Counted from the stretch's first letter, positions 1 through 9,501 are shown. The stretch is 64,000 nucleotides of DNA from Acidobacteriota bacterium (GCA_031411895.1 JANOBZ010000181.1:2998-66997), one strand, 5' to 3'. Notes: generated by a model not told the origin, from the sequence alone. Numbers and translations: made by a program.

Positions 1-1
1 G

Positions 2-733
2 CTGTTACATACGACCGGAAAAATTTCCGCCGCCGAAGCCGCCGAAAAAATCAAAAATCTTTCATACGAAAATATCGGCTATGCGCGTGTTGACCACGCC
101 CGCGCCGAAAGACAGGGATTTCCCGAAGTGATTTTCGGTCAGGGAAAAACGCGCGAACAGGTTCTCGGAATTTTTGAAAAGCTCGCCGAACGCTCGCCGA
201 ATGTTCTAATCACGCGCACGACGGCGGACGTTTACGGCGACATCAGAAATATTTACACCGAAGCCGAATGGCACGAAGCGGCAAAAGTGATCCGCGTTTT
301 CCGCGACAAAACCGAACTCGGCGCAGGTGAAATTGCTATCGTCACCGCCGGAACGAGCGATATTCCGGTTGCCGAAGAAGCCGCGCTGACGGCGGAAACG
401 ATGGGCAACACGGTCAAAAGAATCTGGGACGCGGGCGTCGCGGGAATTCACCGCATTTTGTCGGAAAGAGAGATTTTGCAAAGTTCGCGTGTCGTCGTCG
501 TCGTTGCCGGAATGGAAGGCGCGCTGCCGTCGGTCGTCGGCGGACTCGTCAAAGTTCCGGTCATCGCCGTTCCGACTTCCATCGGTTACGGCGCGTCGTT
601 CGGCGGCATCGCTGCGTTGTTGGGAATGCTCAATTCGTGTGCTTCAAATGTCACGGTTGTCAATATTGACAACGGCTTCGGCGCAGGTTTTGTTGCCGGT
701 TTGATAAATCGAAAACGCGAAAATAATGAATAA
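2..733 (+). CDS. larB: LarB-like nickel-pincer cofactor biosynthesis protein (PurE/AIR-carboxylase fold); 5' end outside window
   Basis: Frame open from window edge (...[14 protein letters not shown]...); [19 protein letters not shown] and [10 protein letters not shown] motifs typical of LarB/PurE-like proteins; ORF track shows only the internal start at 128. Confidence 0.8.
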   Translation: MLHTTGKISAAEAAEKIKNLSYENIGYARVDHARAERQGFPEVIFGQGKTREQVLGIFEKLAERSPNVLITRTTADVYGDIRNIYTEAEWHEAAKVIRVFRDKTELGAGEIAIVTAGTSDIPVAEEAALTAETMGNTVKRIWDAGVAGIHRILSEREILQSSRVVVVVAGMEGALPSVVGGLVKVPVIAVPTSIGYGASFGGIAALLGMLNSCASNVTVVNIDNGFGAGFVAGLINRKRENNE

Positions 734-767
734 AATTTGGTTTTAATCAGTCAACAATTTGGAACAG

Positions 768-820
768 GTGAAATGTGAAAAGTGAGAAGTGAAATTCGTG
801 TTTCACTTCTCACTTTTTAA
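768..820. repeat. Tandem-unit hairpin element (GTGAAAN heptamer family)
   Basis: GTGAAAT GTGAAAA GTGAGAA GTGAAAT - loop - TTTCAC TTCTCAC TTTTT between convergent larB and 847..1896. Confidence 0.85.
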
Positions 821-846
821 ATGAAAACCTTTTTATATTTTTCTGC

Positions 847-1896
847 TTACGACTGAACGGCTTGCGGAAGCATTCCTTTAATTTCCCTGACGATTTTCTG
901 CACATCGTCATCGTCTTCGAGCGCGATCATAAAAAAGTCGTAGCTGGTTTTGAAACAAACCATTCCGTTGCCGAAAAACCAAACGCCTTCCAGCAAAGGG
1001 TTGCCGCCGAGCAGCCAATCGAGCGGCGCACCCGTAATCGTTTTCGGATTCAAAACATTCGTCATCAAAACCGCGCCGGACGCGAACGCGAACGAACCGA
1101 GCAGCGGTGCGCCGATACGTTTTACGATGTCGCGTTCAAACTGCACACGCTCGGCTTCCGCCTTTGAAAGTTCGCCTTTGTTGATGAGTTCTTCCTGATC
1201 TTTTAAGTATTTATTAAATTGTTCGCCGAGTTTTTTGACCGACCAGGCAGGAATCGCGGAATTGAAAAGCCAGTGCGAACTCAAGCCGGAAAAAACAACG
1301 CCGAGACCTGCGCCGACCGCCATCGAAACTCCGGTCGTCGCGGCTTGGACGGGATTTTCCGTCAGCCATCCGCTCGTTTTTTGCAGAGTCTTGTAAGCCG
1401 AATCAAAAGTGCGCGTCCAGCTTGCGCCGAAATTGAATGCTTTTGAAGCCGTCTGCGCGGTTTTGTTGACGGTCTTTTTGGTTTCTTCAAAAACTTCGCC
1501 CGCTCGTTCGCCGGCAAAATTTATTATTTCGCCCGCTTTCTTGCCGAAATCGCGGATCGTTTTTTCGGTTTCGACGGCGGTTTTGCCGAACGCGTCGGCG
1601 GCTTTTTCGCCCGCGTCTTCCGCCGCATCACGAACCGGAGCAGACGCTTCATAAACTTTTTTCGCCGCGCCTTCCGCCGTTTTATATGTTTCTTCGGCGA
1701 CCTTAAAGGCTTGTTTGCCGACTTCGGATTTTTCGGCTTCGTGTTTGATTCTGCCTGCGCCTTCCTTCGCCGTATCCATCACGACCTTCGCGCCTTCCTC
1801 GAGCTTGTCTTTTAAGCCGAGCTGTTTGTCTATTTCCTCAAACTTCTCTTTCGCGTCGCGCTGCCATTTTTCAAAGCGTTCTTTATAATCTGCCAT
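847..1896 (-). CDS. Hypothetical protein: N-terminal amphipathic K/E/A-rich helical repeats, C-terminal hydrophobic segments
   Basis: ORF 847..2010; start moved to ATG 1896 (MADYKERFEKW) preceded by AAGGAA; a TATAAT-like box on the minus strand at 1999-2004 lies inside the longer ORF. Confidence 0.6.
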   Translation of the reverse strand: MADYKERFEKWQRDAKEKFEEIDKQLGLKDKLEEGAKVVMDTAKEGAGRIKHEAEKSEVGKQAFKVAEETYKTAEGAAKKVYEASAPVRDAAEDAGEKAADAFGKTAVETEKTIRDFGKKAGEIINFAGERAGEVFEETKKTVNKTAQTASKAFNFGASWTRTFDSAYKTLQKTSGWLTENPVQAATTGVSMAVGAGLGVVFSGLSSHWLFNSAIPAWSVKKLGEQFNKYLKDQEELINKGELSKAEAERVQFERDIVKRIGAPLLGSFAFASGAVLMTNVLNPKTITGAPLDWLLGGNPLLEGVWFFGNGMVCFKTSYDFFMIALEDDDDVQKIVREIKGMLPQAVQS

Positions 1897-2055
1897 TTTC
1901 TTAAATTCCTTTTCGTAAAAAAACTTTTGCCGTAGATACGTTTTCCTAAAAACTTTTGTTCGCTTTTGATGCTTTTTTGCATCGAAGTTATGTCTTGCAT
2001 TATAACGCAAACTTTGTTTTTGAAATCAAATTATTTATAGTAATCTTTCATATTT

Positions 2056-2259
2056 ATGCCATTAGTAAAATGTCCGACTTGCGGAAAACAAGCTGAATAC
2101 ACGGGAAACGAATTTCGCCCGTTTTGCTCGGAAAGATGTAAATTGCTCGATTTCGGGGCGTGGGCTGACGAAGAATTTGCTCTGCCGTCGCAGACCGAAA
2201 CGCTTTCCGAAGAAGATATAGACAAGATCGAAAAAGCCCTGAACGAAAAGGAAAATTAA
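2056..2259 (+). CDS. yacG: DNA gyrase inhibitor YacG (zinc finger)
   Basis: CPTCGK...[21 protein letters not shown] matches the YacG zinc-finger signature. Confidence 0.8.
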   Translation: MPLVKCPTCGKQAEYTGNEFRPFCSERCKLLDFGAWADEEFALPSQTETLSEEDIDKIEKALNEKEN

Positions 2260-2262
2260 CCT

Positions 2263-2475
2263 ATGGAAATTGCGGCGATAGTTTTTATAATTTTTATTAT
2301 TGCGATTGCGGTCATCACGTTTTTTGTTCTCAAAAAAGCGATTAAAATGGCGGTTCGCACGGCAATCGTTTTTTTGATCCTGCTGATCGGCATCGTCGGC
2401 GCGGCTTCGCTCTGGTATTTCGGTTCGGATTCAAATTCGACCAAAACGCCCGCTTCAAATAAAAAATCCCGCTAA
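2263..2475 (+). CDS. Small two-helix membrane protein, hypothetical
   Basis: Starts 4 nt after yacG stop; two hydrophobic stretches; no recognisable family. Confidence 0.45.
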   Translation: MEIAAIVFIIFIIAIAVITFFVLKKAIKMAVRTAIVFLILLIGIVGAASLWYFGSDSNSTKTPASNKKSR

Positions 2476-2516
2476 TGTTTCGAGCGTGTCGAAAAGAATT
2501 TAACGAAATATAAACA

Positions 2517-2634
2517 CCAATGGACACGAATTTTTTCTGGTATTTCGAGATCAAAGATTTTTTATTTTCTAAAAAATCAGATGAATTTTTCGATTATTCT
2601 GAAATTATCCGTGTTTATCCGTGTCCATCTGTGG
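2517..2634. repeat. Tandem-unit inverted repeat with large loop (GGACACG / ATCCGTG family)
   Basis: CCAATGGACACGAA ... TTATCCGTG TTTATCCGTG TCCATCTGTGG. Confidence 0.6.
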
Positions 2635-2670
2635 TTAAATAATTCTTAAATTTTTCACAGGCAAAATTTA

Positions 2671-3921
2671 ATGGAATCATCTAAAAAAGGCTTTTTCTCG
2701 AAATATAAAAATCTTTCGCCAAATGTCCTCGCGCTCAGTCTGGTCAGCCTTTTGAACGACACGTCGAGCGAGATAATATATCCGCTTCTTCCCGCATTTC
2801 TGGCAATCACGCTCGGCGCGTCGCCGTTTGCCATCGGTTTGATCGAAGGTTTTGCCGAAACGGTTTCCTCGCTTCTCAAACTTTTTTCCGGTTATCTGAG
2901 CGATAAATTCGGTCGCCGCAAGCTGCTCGTTTTTTCCGGCTACACGCTTTCGAGCCTGATGCGTCCGCTGCTCGCATTTGCAACGAGCTGGCAGCAGGTT
3001 CTCGTTCTGCGCGTCACCGACCGGACGGGCAAAGGCATTCGCGGTGCGCCGCGCGATGCTTTGATCGCCGATTCGACCGCACCGGAAAAACGCGGTTTTG
3101 CCTTCGGTTTTCATCGCGCCGCCGATCATCTCGGCGCGGTTTTGGGTCCGGTCATCGGGTTTATTCTGCTTTATTTTTGGGCGGCAAATCCGAATCAGCC
3201 GACGGCAAATGATTACAGCAAGGTTTTTCTTTTTGCCGCCGTTCCCGCCGTTCTGAGCATTTTCGTTATCGCTTTTGCTGTCAAAGAGGAAAAACCTTTA
3301 CCGGAAAAAGAAGCGAACGTCACGCCGATCAAACTTTCACTCAAAGAATTTGACGCAAATTTCAAACTCTTTTTAGTCGCTGTTTCGCTTTTTACTCTAT
3401 CTAATTCGACCGACGCATTTTTGCTTTTACGCGCCGAACAAAGCGGTATTCCGGCTTATTTGCTGCCGATCTTGTGGGTTTTTCTGCATATCAGCAAAGT
3501 CGTGTTCTCGCTCATCGGCGGCGATTTGTCGGATCGAATCGGTCGCAAAAAAATAATTTTCGCCGGTTGGATTTTATATGCGCTGGTTTATGCCGGATTC
3601 GCTTTTGTCACACAGGCGTGGCAGGTTTGGGCTTTGTTTTTTATTTATGGCGCATTTTTCGGCTTGACCGAAGGCGTGGAAAAAGCACTCGTCGCCGATC
3701 TCGTCGAACCGGAAAAACGCGGCACGGCTTACGGATTTTACAATCTCGCATTCGGCATCACGGTCTTTCCGGCTTCGCTGATCTTCGGCGCATTGTGGAC
3801 AAAATTCGGTGCGGAAACGGCATTTCTCGTCAGCGCATCGATTTCTATCTGCGCGGCGATTTTGCTTTTGACCGTAAAAACAAAAGTTAAAAAATTGAAC
3901 GGCTCAACTCTGCCGCCGTAG
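2671..3921 (+). CDS. MFS transporter
   Basis: 416 aa, about 12 hydrophobic helices, DRFGRRK and DRIGRKK loop motifs of the major facilitator superfamily. Confidence 0.85.
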   Translation: MESSKKGFFSKYKNLSPNVLALSLVSLLNDTSSEIIYPLLPAFLAITLGASPFAIGLIEGFAETVSSLLKLFSGYLSDKFGRRKLLVFSGYTLSSLMRPLLAFATSWQQVLVLRVTDRTGKGIRGAPRDALIADSTAPEKRGFAFGFHRAADHLGAVLGPVIGFILLYFWAANPNQPTANDYSKVFLFAAVPAVLSIFVIAFAVKEEKPLPEKEANVTPIKLSLKEFDANFKLFLVAVSLFTLSNSTDAFLLLRAEQSGIPAYLLPILWVFLHISKVVFSLIGGDLSDRIGRKKIIFAGWILYALVYAGFAFVTQAWQVWALFFIYGAFFGLTEGVEKALVADLVEPEKRGTAYGFYNLAFGITVFPASLIFGALWTKFGAETAFLVSASISICAAILLLTVKTKVKKLNGSTLPP

Positions 3922-4467
3922 AGCCGAGTTTGTTCGACTACCGGCACTTGGATTTGATCCGATAGACATTCGTTGAACGAAGAAAACCGACCAACCGACA
4001 AATGTACAAAGCGTAAAACGCACAAAGCCTGATCGACGCATAATCGGAATGATTGATGGGGCAAAACGATAATAGATAGAAACCAAAAAATTACCGATCC
4101 GATTCGTTATCAGAGCATTATCCCGAAACTGTCTCAGAACATTAACCTCGACTGAATCACTTCCATAGATTTCTGTAGCGATAAAGCAATTACCGCTCTG
4201 AGGACTACCGCCCTGATAACCCTCCATCCCCTCAAGCGCGCTCCGAGCTATGCGCGATGTCGGCGTTCCAAATGCTGTTGCCGGAATAGCCGCGCCGCAT
4301 CCGCCCTGACAGTAAGTATGCGACCATCCCAGATTACAGGCTTTACAAATCAATCCCTGAGAGCCGTCTGCCAGTTGACCAAGGCGAAAATCTATAGTTC
4401 CGTCGTTCTCACAGGCAAGCAGCTCATTAGTATACTCGCATTTCGGACAAGTTGCTGTGGCGATCAT
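3904..4467 (-). CDS. Cys-rich hypothetical protein (N-terminal CxxC zinc-ribbon-like pairs; C-terminal CFIATxxYGS...LRxFRD module plus hydrophobic tail)
   Basis: Strong GAGGAGG 8 nt upstream of ATG 4467; CPKCEY...CKACN...CQGGCG cysteines; CFIATEIYGSDSVEVNVLRQFRDNAL motif; sits in an AT-rich stretch. Confidence 0.6.
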   Translation of the reverse strand: MIATATCPKCEYTNELLACENDGTIDFRLGQLADGSQGLICKACNLGWSHTYCQGGCGAAIPATAFGTPTSRIARSALEGMEGYQGGSPQSGNCFIATEIYGSDSVEVNVLRQFRDNALITNRIGNFLVSIYYRFAPSIIPIMRRSGFVRFTLCTFVGWSVFFVQRMSIGSNPSAGSRTNSALRRQS

Positions 4468-4742
4468 TATAAATACCTCCTCTAAAATAACTATCCAAAT
4501 AGATAAAACAGAGCGGTCGAACTTTGTATTGCACCGAAGTTCGGTTTTGTTATAACGAATTATTTATAAGCGTTTTAATTATGTAAAGTCAACAAAAATT
4601 TGACCTCTGGAAATACTTTGCCGCCTGATTCGGTTAAAGTAAATAAACTCGGCTTGATTAAATTATATGTTAAAACTACTCGATGACGTTCGTAATTTGA
4701 TGCGTGTCAGCCTTTATCATTATCAAACCAAGCAATTTGAAA

Positions 4743-5234
4743 TTATTTCCAGGTTTTTTCTTTCTTAAATCTTTTGACGACCATATCACGCCGCATTTTC
4801 GGCAGATGGTCTAAAAAAAGTTTGCCGTCGCAATGATCGGTTTCGTGCAGGAAACAGCGTGCGGCGTAGCCTTCGGCTTCACGCTCGAACCATTCGCCTT
4901 TTTCATTCTGTGCTTTTATTGTGACGACGTTCGGACGCACGACGACCGCCGGAACTTTGCCGACTGACAGACAGCCTTCCTGCCCGCTTTGTTCGCCGCT
5001 CGTTTCGATGATTTCGGGATTAGCGGCGATGAGTTTGATGCCGTCGCAATCCATCACGAACAGGCGCAGATTCAAACCGATCTGCGGCGCGGCAAGCCCG
5101 ACACCTTCCGCCTCATACATTGTTTCATACATATCCGCACAGAGTTCGGCGAGCGCGTCGTCAAATTTTTCGACGGGTTTGCCGACCTTTGCCAGAACTT
5201 CTTCGGGCTATTCGGTGATTTTTCTTAAAGCCAT
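4743..5234 (-). pseudogene. def: Peptide deformylase interrupted by in-frame TAG at codon 9 (5208-5210)
   Basis: Reading from ATG 5234: [55 protein letters not shown]...; [10 protein letters not shown], EGCLS and HETDH motifs all intact; ORF track only reports the fragment from ATG 5132. Confidence 0.7.
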
Positions 5235-5244
5235 AATATTTTTT

Positions 5245-5317
5245 GCCACGAACAAACACGAAAGTACACGAAAAATCTATTATTTCCTTTCGTGAATTTT
5301 CGTGTTTGTTCGTGGCT
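5245..5317. repeat. Tandem-unit hairpin element (AGCC-CACGAA family)
   Basis: GCCACGAAcaaaCACGAAagtaCACGAA - loop - TTCGTGaattTTCGTGtttgTTCGTGGCT; immediately upstream of def start. Confidence 0.9.
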
Positions 5318-5323
5318 AAATTC

Positions 5324-5533
5324 TCAGCGAGGAATTACGCCGCGCCGCGAGCGTCGGCTGAAATCGCGTTTGGCGAAAAAGTTTTTTTCCTCGCGCATCT
5401 GACATTCCCAGCAAACGATGCGTTTTTCATTGGTCGGGCTGACAAATTCGTAATAATTGTCCATCATCCGGTCGCATTCGGAACAACGGGCGGGCGGATT
5501 CGCGGTCTTATTGCTCAATTCTTCTTCGTTCAT
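5324..5533 (-). CDS. Small zinc-ribbon protein, hypothetical
   Basis: CSEC...CWEC cysteine pairs; ATGA overlap with upstream gene stop at 5530 (translational coupling). Confidence 0.5.
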   Translation of the reverse strand: MNEEELSNKTANPPARCSECDRMMDNYYEFVSPTNEKRIVCWECQMREEKNFFAKRDFSRRSRRGVIPR

Positions 5534-7074
5534 TTTTTCCTCAGTAATCTCAGTTTTTCAAGATAAAAATTTTTCGTTTCGACAATAGTGTAATTCGCTT
5601 CGACAAAATTTTCCAACGGTCGGCAACGCTCGCCGTTTTCACAGCTTTCGTCCGTCAGCAGCCAGACCTCGTTTGCTTCTGACGGGATTTCGGAAATGAC
5701 AAACTCCGCCTGTCGTTTCGCGCTTTCAGCCGTTTCCTGTTCCGATTCGAAGATCCATTGGAAAAATTTTTCATCCGGCAAAACTTTATTCGCGCCTTTG
5801 TAATAGACGGGAAGTGCGAGCGCGTCGTAATTCGGAAAAATTATGATCGGCTGACCGGGTTTTTCGTGCGCTTTCAAAAATGACGCAATGCGCTCCCAAT
5901 CACCGCGTTTTGTGAGATTGGGGTGAAGCGTAAAAACGGCGTAAGCGAAAAAAAACGCGACTAAAATCGCTAGACAAGCCGCTATCAAATTATTCGGGCG
6001 AAAAATATTTTTTCTCTTCGCGCCTTCGGTTAGCTCCGGCAACATTTCTTTTAGGATCAGCGAAACGAGTAAAATCATCGGCACGAATAAAACCGCCGCG
6101 TGACGAACCGCAATATATCTTCCGCCGAGCAAAAAATACGGCATCATAAAAAATGCGGCAATCGTCGCCGTGATCGCTGCGAAAGCGAGAATTTTTTCGT
6201 CAAAGATTTTGCGCGTTTTAATAAGAAAAACGATTGCCGCTAAAACCGCGATCCTCATTATCCATAATCTGAAAAAAGATATGTCGGAAATTTCTTTCGA
6301 TTCCGTCGGGAAAATTTCGGTCGGAAGAACGAACGTCAAAAAATAGCTCCAGAGCAGACGAACAAATTCAAACAAACTTTTTTCGGTGTGAAAACCCGAC
6401 GAACCGGCGGCAATCTGAGATTTTATCGCCCACAAAAGCGGCAGAAAAAACAAACCGGCGACGAGCATCTGCAGAAAATACTTTTTCGCCTCGTTCCATT
6501 TCCGCGTCACGAGCAAGGCGGCGAAACAACCCGCGAGCAAAAATCCGAGATAATAATTTGTATAAAGCGCAATGATCGAAACCGATATAAAAACGATCTC
6601 GAATCGCCTCTGACGTTCTGCGTTTCGGCGGTTCAAAAAAATATCCGAGAACAAATTCAGAATCACGACCGACAAAAAAATCACCGGCGAATAAAGTCGG
6701 ATTTCCAGACTCGCCCAGATCAGATACGGGTGCAGCGCGAAAAAAGCGGTTGCGAAAAATGACGCTTTTTCATCGAAAAATTTTCGCGCCAGACGGTAAA
6801 AAAAGATGATCGCCAGAACGGAAAAAATTATCGAAAGTAACCGCGCAAAGAAGATCGAATCACTCGCCGTGCGCCACAAACTCAGAATCCAGAAATAAAG
6901 CGGTGCTTGTTTTTCGATTGAAAAAGCATTGTTGACCGAATAAAGAAAACCGTTTCCCGTCGTGTACAGCGTCGAGGCTTCGTCAACCCAGATATTGACG
7001 AAATAAGCCATCGGCAGAGCGATGAGCGTATGCAGAAATACCAAAATTAAAATATTTTTCGGCGGTTTAATCAT
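5530..7074 (-). CDS. Integral-membrane glycosyltransferase, GT39/ArnT-PMT-like
   Basis: 514 aa, many TM helices in the N-terminal two thirds then a soluble C-terminal domain; architecture of dolichyl/undecaprenyl-phosphate-sugar-dependent glycosyltransferases. Confidence 0.75.
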   Translation of the reverse strand: MIKPPKNILILVFLHTLIALPMAYFVNIWVDEASTLYTTGNGFLYSVNNAFSIEKQAPLYFWILSLWRTASDSIFFARLLSIIFSVLAIIFFYRLARKFFDEKASFFATAFFALHPYLIWASLEIRLYSPVIFLSVVILNLFSDIFLNRRNAERQRRFEIVFISVSIIALYTNYYLGFLLAGCFAALLVTRKWNEAKKYFLQMLVAGLFFLPLLWAIKSQIAAGSSGFHTEKSLFEFVRLLWSYFLTFVLPTEIFPTESKEISDISFFRLWIMRIAVLAAIVFLIKTRKIFDEKILAFAAITATIAAFFMMPYFLLGGRYIAVRHAAVLFVPMILLVSLILKEMLPELTEGAKRKNIFRPNNLIAACLAILVAFFFAYAVFTLHPNLTKRGDWERIASFLKAHEKPGQPIIIFPNYDALALPVYYKGANKVLPDEKFFQWIFESEQETAESAKRQAEFVISEIPSEANEVWLLTDESCENGERCRPLENFVEANYTIVETKNFYLEKLRLLRKK

Positions 7075-7104
7075 CGGTAAATTTTGAAATAAATTTATAA
7101 AAAT

Positions 7105-8433
7105 TTATTTTGCCGGAGAAGGAAAATGTTCAACCAGACTGCCGACCTTTTTTCTCGTCCGCCAGTAAACGTCTTCCATAAAAATATGTGCAAACTCGCC
7201 GTTGCGCCCGATGCTCAAAAGATTTTCGATATTCGTCGAACGCTCGAAATTCTTCCGCGCCTGCTCGTATTCGTTCAGATAAACCGGATACGAAATCGGC
7301 GTCCGCAGAACGTTTGCGCCTAAGAAACGAGCGCGCGCGTCGGGAACGATTTCGGCGAGCGAATCGAGACACATTTCGGCGAGCTTCGTTTCGTCCATAT
7401 TCCAGATTTCGTCCGATTTTTCGCAGCCGATATCAGCCGTAATGATCGTCTTGCCTTCGGGCGCGAGCCACGGCATCGAAAGCGTCGCTTCGGTCAGGCG
7501 GAAAAACGGAAATTTCCGCTCGGGAAGCCACAAAACCGTGTCGGGAAGAAGTCCGCGCCCCGTAAATTTCAAGTTAACAAAAACCATCGGGCGATAGCGA
7601 AAATCCTTGAATTCGTCGAGCGCGTCGGTGCCGCTGACGAGCTTTGCGAGAATATTCGCGGGCGCGGTGCTGACGACCGCCGAAACTTCCCTGATTTCGC
7701 CTTTCGCTTTAACGGCGACGACGCGTTCATTTTCGACGATGATTTCTTCGACCGGCGATTCGAGCCGGATTTTATCATTGATGCCTTCGGCGAGTTTTTC
7801 GCAGAGCGTCGCGACGCCGCCCGCCGGGTAAACGTGATAGATGCCTGCCGATTCCGGCATTTCGCGATTGTAACCGCAGGCGACGGCGCGGCGCGTCACG
7901 CGGCTCGCGGCTTTTAGATAAAGCGTTTTACCGATGCTTCCGGGCAGAGATTCGCCGACCGCCGCCGACAAATCTTCGGCGCGCGCGCCCGACCAGGCTT
8001 CGACGAGCGGCAGCGCGACTTCGTCAGCCAGCGCCGCGCCGTAACTTTTGCGAAACCATTCGGCGGCGCTCTGCGGCGCGTGCCCGTTTCCCGACAATTT
8101 GCTTTTGATTCCGCTTAAGGTCATCCGCGCGATTTTCATCAAACCGAACGGGTAAGAATATGTTTTTTCGCCGAGCCTGACCGTTTCGCCGTAATGGCGA
8201 ACGGTCAAACAATCCGCGCTGACGCCGATCGCCGCCGCCAGACGATTGGTGATAAAATGCGCGCCGAAATCATACGAAAAACCTTCTTCGTCCTTAAAGC
8301 TCGCCGCCAGACCGGCGATTTTTTTTCCCGCTTCGTACAAAACGAACGGCACGTTTTGCCGCTCTAAATAATTAGCGGCTGTGAGTCCGGCAAGTCCCGC
8401 GCCGATAATGGCGATTGGTTTTTCGGTTTTCAT
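7105..8433 (-). CDS. FAD/NAD(P)-binding oxidoreductase (amine oxidase / phytoene desaturase-like)
   Basis: N-terminal IAIIGAGLAGLTAA...YEA dinucleotide-binding motif; about 440 aa. Confidence 0.8.
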   Translation of the reverse strand: MKTEKPIAIIGAGLAGLTAANYLERQNVPFVLYEAGKKIAGLAASFKDEEGFSYDFGAHFITNRLAAAIGVSADCLTVRHYGETVRLGEKTYSYPFGLMKIARMTLSGIKSKLSGNGHAPQSAAEWFRKSYGAALADEVALPLVEAWSGARAEDLSAAVGESLPGSIGKTLYLKAASRVTRRAVACGYNREMPESAGIYHVYPAGGVATLCEKLAEGINDKIRLESPVEEIIVENERVVAVKAKGEIREVSAVVSTAPANILAKLVSGTDALDEFKDFRYRPMVFVNLKFTGRGLLPDTVLWLPERKFPFFRLTEATLSMPWLAPEGKTIITADIGCEKSDEIWNMDETKLAEMCLDSLAEIVPDARARFLGANVLRTPISYPVYLNEYEQARKNFERSTNIENLLSIGRNGEFAHIFMEDVYWRTRKKVGSLVEHFPSPAK

Positions 8434-8476
8434 AACCTTATAAAGTCTTAATTAAACAAAATTTGTAAGAATTATT

Positions 8477-8542
8477 AGCCGCGGATTTCGCGGATTTTTA
8501 ATTTATTGATTTAATCCGCGTTATCTGCGTTTATCCGCGGCT
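8477..8542. repeat. Tandem-unit hairpin element (AGCC-CGCGGAT family)
   Basis: AGCCGCGGATTTCGCGGAT - loop - ATCCGCGTTATCTGCGTTTATCCGCGGCT; overlaps the stop of CDS 8541..9500. Confidence 0.9.
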
Positions 8543-9500
8543 AAATCTCTTCCGGTTTCTGCAAAGTCGCCCGCAGCAGCGCGCCTTTGCCGAGCTTCTG
8601 TAAAAGTATGTCGAGCGATGTAAAAGCCGACAGCGAAACGGTTGATTTAAGCGTAAAACTATTGATTAAAAAGCGCGGCGCTCGGAGATCAACGAGTGCG
8701 TTGTGAATCGAATAAACCCAGTTGACGGGCGAAACCTGCGTTGTTAAATCCGCCACGCCGAACCCGCATTTTTCGGCTAATTTCGTTAAGGATTTACGGT
8801 TAAAAAGATTCCAGTGGCGCGGAAAGTGATAGCCGCCCCAGTAGGAATTTTTGAAAAGCGAAAAATCCAGCGAATCCGTGTTATCCGTTACGACGACGAG
8901 CCGCGCGCCGGGTTTGAGGATTTTCAAAACCGCCGCGAGAACCTTTTCGGGATGAGCGACGTGTTCGATCGTCTGGATCATAAACGCGAAATCGTAAGTA
9001 TTTTCGGGCAGGTCAAGCGTTTCGACCGTTCCGAGATGCACTTTCAGACCCGTTTTTTCCGCCATCTGCGCGGCGCGTTCGTCAACATCAATGCCTTCGA
9101 GCCGCCACGTTTTATTGCCGTATTCCTTTAAAAGATTAAGATGAAACCCGTCGCCGCAGCCGACATCGAGAATTTTCGCATTATCGGGCAAATCTTTGCA
9201 CCAGCTTAAAACGCGTTTCGCTTCGAGCCGCGAACGGATTTTGTAAACAAAGCCGAAATCTTTTTCGGAAAAATCGAACGCGTGATAATTTGCCGGGTAA
9301 ATCGTTTCAAATTCGCTAATCTCGGGACGCGGATTTAAGTAAACCAGATCGCAAACTGTGCACTGCATCGCGACGAAAGAATCCTTGCTCGTGCGGTATT
9401 CGAAATCTTCGCCGACGCCGACCGGCGCGGCTTCGCCGCCATCGCAAACGCAGCACGCGACGTGCGCCAGCTTTAATTTTTTTTCGCTCAAGTTTTCCAT
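8541..9500 (-). CDS. Class I SAM-dependent methyltransferase with N-terminal Cys4 zinc ribbon
   Basis: CCVCDG...CTVCDLVY cysteines then ILDVGCGDG SAM motif I. Confidence 0.85.
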   Translation of the reverse strand: MENLSEKKLKLAHVACCVCDGGEAAPVGVGEDFEYRTSKDSFVAMQCTVCDLVYLNPRPEISEFETIYPANYHAFDFSEKDFGFVYKIRSRLEAKRVLSWCKDLPDNAKILDVGCGDGFHLNLLKEYGNKTWRLEGIDVDERAAQMAEKTGLKVHLGTVETLDLPENTYDFAFMIQTIEHVAHPEKVLAAVLKILKPGARLVVVTDNTDSLDFSLFKNSYWGGYHFPRHWNLFNRKSLTKLAEKCGFGVADLTTQVSPVNWVYSIHNALVDLRAPRFLINSFTLKSTVSLSAFTSLDILLQKLGKGALLRATLQKPEEI

Positions 9501-9501
9501 C

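Noticed and set aside
5208-5210. Genome-wide reassignment of TAG as an explanation for the stop inside def.
   Set aside because: Several well-supported genes in the window end at TAG exactly where homologues end (8541, 21008, 28095, 37716, 38909). No other gene shows an internal TAG.
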